Assembly: GCA_024231215.1 (NCBI GenBank)
Contig: JAAEQR010000142.1
Coordinates: 100,593-164,592, forward strand
Reading direction: 5' to 3'
Source: PVC group bacterium
Lineage (GTDB): Bacteria; Omnitrophota; Gorgyraeia; B26-G9
DNA length: 64,000 nt
In this document: positions 61,149-64,000 of the stretch, piece after piece
How positions within the stretch are numbered: position 1 is the first letter of the stretch
Layout of the letters: each line of letters starts with the position of its first letter
Notes under the pieces: generated by a model
The model's database searches: none
The model's input: the letters and a program-made list of their open reading frames with translations, nothing else
What the model was told of the DNA's origin: nothing
Translations under genes and position numbers: made by a program

Positions 61149-61919
61149 TTAGGGTTGGAACCCTTCCCAGGTAGGATTAATCTCTTTTACATGAAAAATA
61201 GGACGGGCACTGTTGTTCTTCTGGAATATCATGGTTTGATTCTGAGAATTTATACACAAAGTATGGATACCACTGCGTCCGTATTCAGCCGGAACAGCGC
61301 AAAGCATAAAGGAATTCTTGCTATCACTTTCCCCCACAGTGATTCTGACCGTCTCTATATAGTAGTATCCTCTCATTGCCCGTTGTTTACTTTTTGCTGA
61401 ATTAAGAATACGTAAATCATCATCAATAATCTCATAAACACCTTTTTTTTCAATAAGTAGTTCTGCCGCATTTTCGGCATACAAGCCATAATATTTTCTA
61501 TATATTTCCTGAGCCGCAGCATATTTTTTCAAAAGCTTAGCTGCAGATTTTTCATTTGCGATTATCTTCTCTCTATCAACTGAGTCTTTAAGAATTGATT
61601 CTGTATTATGATACTCGGTAAGCGCCTGTATTGCCGCTTTATTTTCTGTTCTTGCAGAACCTCTTACAACTATTGTTTTAGGAGCTTCTTGTTCCGGAGG
61701 AACTTCTCCTCCCGGAGAAAGACCTTTGAGAAGTTCGGCTGGAATTTGTACATTGCCTGAAGAAACAGATTTTGAACCAGGAAGGATCTCCTGGTATGTC
61801 CTTTTTAAAAATTGCATTGCTACTAATGTTCCTATAATTAAAAGTATTACTATAATTATCGAAAAAATTGAATATATGCTAGTTCCGGCTCTATTAGTCA
61901 TTATTTCGTCTGTTTTCAT
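61149..61919 (-). CDS. N-terminally anchored hypothetical protein
   Basis: 256 aa; one TM helix (IYSIFSIIIVILLIIGTLVA); Pro/Glu linker; C-terminal globular region; no domain recognised. Confidence 0.5.
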   Translation of the reverse strand: MKTDEIMTNRAGTSIYSIFSIIIVILLIIGTLVAMQFLKRTYQEILPGSKSVSSGNVQIPAELLKGLSPGGEVPPEQEAPKTIVVRGSARTENKAAIQALTEYHNTESILKDSVDREKIIANEKSAAKLLKKYAAAQEIYRKYYGLYAENAAELLIEKKGVYEIIDDDLRILNSAKSKQRAMRGYYYIETVRITVGESDSKNSFMLCAVPAEYGRSGIHTLCINSQNQTMIFQKNNSARPIFHVKEINPTWEGFQP

Positions 61920-61927
61920 TTTCCCTC

Positions 61928-62557
61928 TTATTTACATTTTTTTGATGTTAGTATCGTCAAAACCCCGGCTAACATCAGAAATAATGTTGAAGGTTCCGGA
62001 ATAGTATTCGAAGCTCCAGGGGTTCCATAATCTCCAGCGCCAAAAATATTATCGGAGATAGCTTCAGTCGCAAACCAATATTCAGGACTATTAATATCCC
62101 CGACACCGCTAAAAGCTAATGATCTACCTGAATAAATTGGCCAAGTGCCATTGGAATATTCGAGCCTTGAAATTTCTGTACCCAGATTATCTTCCAGAAT
62201 AACTTCGTCCTCTGTATTGCTTAATATGAATCCTTCGTATACATAGTCCGGAAGATAATCACCATTAAAATCAACCTCACCATTTCGGCCTAAAAGTAAA
62301 AATCCATCCGGAGAAATTAAAAGCGGAGCTTCATTATTGATAACATGATGATTACTATCGGCATCTTTAACTACCCACGCATTAACATCTACCGATTCAG
62401 TGCCATCGTTATATAACTCAAGCCATTCTCCATATGTATCTGAAACTTCCTGTGGATCTATCATAATCTCGTTGATATTCACAGCAGCATATATAAATCC
62501 ATTACCAATCAACATTACTAAAAAAGCAACAATCGTCCCCGATATTATTTTTATCAT
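61928..62557 (-). CDS. lamin-tail-domain (LTD) protein with a C-terminal PEP-CTERM sorting signal
   Basis: 209 aa; signal peptide; LTD-like INEIMIDP...GEWLELYNDG...VDVNAWVV; C-terminus IPEPSTLFLMLAGVLTILTSKK is PEP + TM + basic. Confidence 0.7.
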   Translation of the reverse strand: MIKIISGTIVAFLVMLIGNGFIYAAVNINEIMIDPQEVSDTYGEWLELYNDGTESVDVNAWVVKDADSNHHVINNEAPLLISPDGFLLLGRNGEVDFNGDYLPDYVYEGFILSNTEDEVILEDNLGTEISRLEYSNGTWPIYSGRSLAFSGVGDINSPEYWFATEAISDNIFGAGDYGTPGASNTIPEPSTLFLMLAGVLTILTSKKCK

Positions 62558-62584
62558 CCCCTAAGTATCACTCCCCCGTTATGT

Positions 62585-63208
62585 TTAGTTATTAAAAAAT
62601 AAAAAACTCCCCCCCACGAATATAAGTAATCCTGCAGATACCCGAATAATGTTTTGATATGATCTGTCACTTAGATATGTTTTCCCCTTATTTACTCCAT
62701 ATCCAATAAATCCATACCATAGGATATCTGCAAACCAATGTCCAATTAAAAGCATCACTACTCCGCCAAAACCAAGTAATGCTGCTTTAAGAATAGTAGA
62801 AAGACCAATTGTAGCCCACCAGACAAAAAAACCCGGACTCATACTACTAAAAATAATACCACCCAGAATTAATCCTCTGTCTGGAGTTTTTGCGCCTTTT
62901 AATGCGGATAGATTCATTTTGCCTGCTTTAAAAAAAAGCAAAAGCCCCATAATAATTAAAGAGGCTCCTCCAAGAATAGAGACTGTAAACAGAAAACTTT
63001 TGTATACTAATAGCCTATGGAATCCCAGAAAAATCAAGACAATAAGAAATAACTCTACAATAATATGTCCAATTATTGTCTTAAACCCGGCAAACTGATC
63101 TGTTTTAAGCGCTGCGGAAACAGTAAACAAGGTCAATGGACCTGGGATTATTGCACCAGTCAAGCCTATCGCAAATCCTGTAAATAGTAAAAATAATAGA
63201 TTCAGCAT
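62585..63208 (-). CDS. LysE/RhtB-family amino-acid exporter
   Basis: 207 aa, 6 TM helices; N-terminal LLFLLFTGFAIGLTGAIIPGP typical of LysE-type translocators. Confidence 0.75.
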   Translation of the reverse strand: MLNLLFLLFTGFAIGLTGAIIPGPLTLFTVSAALKTDQFAGFKTIIGHIIVELFLIVLIFLGFHRLLVYKSFLFTVSILGGASLIIMGLLLFFKAGKMNLSALKGAKTPDRGLILGGIIFSSMSPGFFVWWATIGLSTILKAALLGFGGVVMLLIGHWFADILWYGFIGYGVNKGKTYLSDRSYQNIIRVSAGLLIFVGGSFLFFNN

Positions 63209-63216
63209 TATGTTTG

Positions 63217-63648
63217 TTAGTCAATAAATTTAGTATCTACTATTGCCTGGCTCCAGAATTTCCAAACACCGTCTTCCTGTTTGAAAACATAAATAAAATC
63301 AACAATATTATTTTGGAATGCAGGGCCGTCAACTTTTATAGTTTTTTGGATTGCCCTGGCAAGCGCATACTCCCCGTCAATAGCAATATAGTTAAATTCT
63401 AATAACTCATACTTTAAATCATAATAAGGAAATAATTGATTGCTCAGCTCTTTTGTCTGTAAATATCCAGGCGCCTGTGTATGAATCGTTTTCATCGCCG
63501 CATCAACATCTTCATTCGCTAATGCTACAAAATTAGCTTCCACAACAGCACGCAGTTCAGCATCCATAGCTTTATCAGCGGCTACAGCTGAACTAGCAAC
63601 CGCAAAAACAACCAATAGACAAATTATAAAAATATAGACTTTCTTCAC
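63217..63648 (-). CDS. secreted NTF2-like (SnoaL/DUF4440-type) protein
   Basis: The ORF opens at 63669, but the probable start is a GTG at 63648 (VKKVYIFIICLL...) behind an AAAGGAG RBS; signal peptide then a cone-shaped NTF2-like fold pattern (...W.F...). Confidence 0.5.
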   Translation of the reverse strand: MKKVYIFIICLLVVFAVASSAVAADKAMDAELRAVVEANFVALANEDVDAAMKTIHTQAPGYLQTKELSNQLFPYYDLKYELLEFNYIAIDGEYALARAIQKTIKVDGPAFQNNIVDFIYVFKQEDGVWKFWSQAIVDTKFID

Positions 63649-63668
63649 ACTTATGCTCCTTTCCCACA

Positions 63669-63869
63669 TTAGTCAGCAATTGTCATTTTCTGCCAGATAA
63701 AAATAATAAATTTACCTAAAATCCAGATTGCGAATATAAGTAATAAAGCCATAACTATAATTCGTAATAGTACCGCCAGAACAAACAAAAATGGAACAAT
63801 TAAAATTCCAATGCCTGTTAATACAGTTATCGCAACTAAAAATATTAGCCCTACTAAAAAAGCTCTCAT
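63669..63869 (-). CDS. small 2-TM membrane protein, hypothetical
   Basis: 66 aa; AAGGAGAG RBS 4-5 nt before the ATG; two hydrophobic helices. Confidence 0.4.
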   Translation of the reverse strand: MRAFLVGLIFLVAITVLTGIGILIVPFLFVLAVLLRIIVMALLLIFAIWILGKFIIFIWQKMTIAD

Positions 63870-64000
63870 CAGCTCTCCTTAAACCCATGTTTCTCGTAAG
63901 TAAAATGAATATATTTATAAATAAGATTATACTTATAATCAACAAATATGTCAATTTCTACCATAAACTTAATCCCGTATCAGGGTCATGCTTTCGCTCC

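Noticed and set aside
63712-63954. 80-aa minus-strand ORF at the window end
   Set aside because: It overlaps, out of frame, the 66-aa ORF that has a good RBS. It has no RBS of its own and runs to the window edge, so it is not reported.
1-64000. CRISPR arrays, rRNA genes, intact IS elements, integrases
   Set aside because: No tandem direct repeats with unique spacers, no rRNA-like conserved stretches, and no DDE transposase or tyrosine/serine recombinase ORFs were seen. The only mobile-element protein is the HuH RAYT.

Overview
The window is an AT-rich bacterial chromosome segment. Positions 1 to about 58.9 kb are almost entirely plus-strand; from about 59.4 kb to the end the genes run on the minus strand. 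PEP-CTERM, lamin-tail, PilZ/MshEN/HD-GYP and AmmeMemoRadiSam content and a PVC-like small basic protein weakly suggest an Omnitrophica- or PVC-like lineage, but this is inference only.

The recognisable housekeeping content is as follows.
- The 3' end of alaS, then hisD-hisB-hisA-hisI followed 43 nt later by trpE-G-D-C-F, a SPOR-domain gene, and trpB-A.
- A type II secretion / type IV pilus-like module: a GspE ATPase with an MshEN-type c-di-GMP-binding N-domain, GspF, and a major plus two minor pseudopilins.
- A FIST sensor, a GAF histidine kinase and a REC-GGDEF(GGDDF) response regulator directly after the pilus-like module.
- A long co-directional run: tRNA-Ala, a thioredoxin-like protein, a eukaryote-like scramblase homolog, an HPP protein, an AmmeMemoRadiSam pair, aroQ, pepP, efp, accB, accC, an Asp23/AmaP pair, gmhA and an rfaE-domain-II adenylyltransferase, thiC, tRNA-Gly, a LysM-M23 peptidase, an ATPase, an MPP phosphoesterase, a HIT protein, guaA, dnaE, a PilZ-PilT fusion, an HU/IHF protein, hisS, a dgt-like HD enzyme, PilZ plus GAF-GAF-HD-GYP, aroB, a GNAT and a NUDIX protein.

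The most unusual content is as follows.
1. A REP/RAYT system. Five GTAG-headed GC-rich palindromes (REPs) lie at 3455, 54783, 57668, 58317 and 58626. A HuH-Y1 REP-associated tyrosine transposase (RAYT) gene has a perfect inverted REP pair bracketing its 5' third, and one REP lies in-frame inside the coding sequence.
2. An AT-rich, REP-flanked roughly 2.7-kb island (54.85-57.55 kb) carrying four uncharacterised genes. It includes a consensus-promoter-driven, translationally coupled zinc-ribbon protein plus a small 2-TM membrane protein.
3. An AmmeMemoRadiSam system whose radical SAM enzyme carries a Tat (RRxFLK) signal and whose Memo and AMMECR1 components are fused behind a signal/anchor.
4. 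An orphan, GC-richer MobC-like RHH gene, and a PEP-CTERM lamin-tail-domain protein, in the minus-strand block.

No rRNA, CRISPR arrays or intact IS elements were seen.
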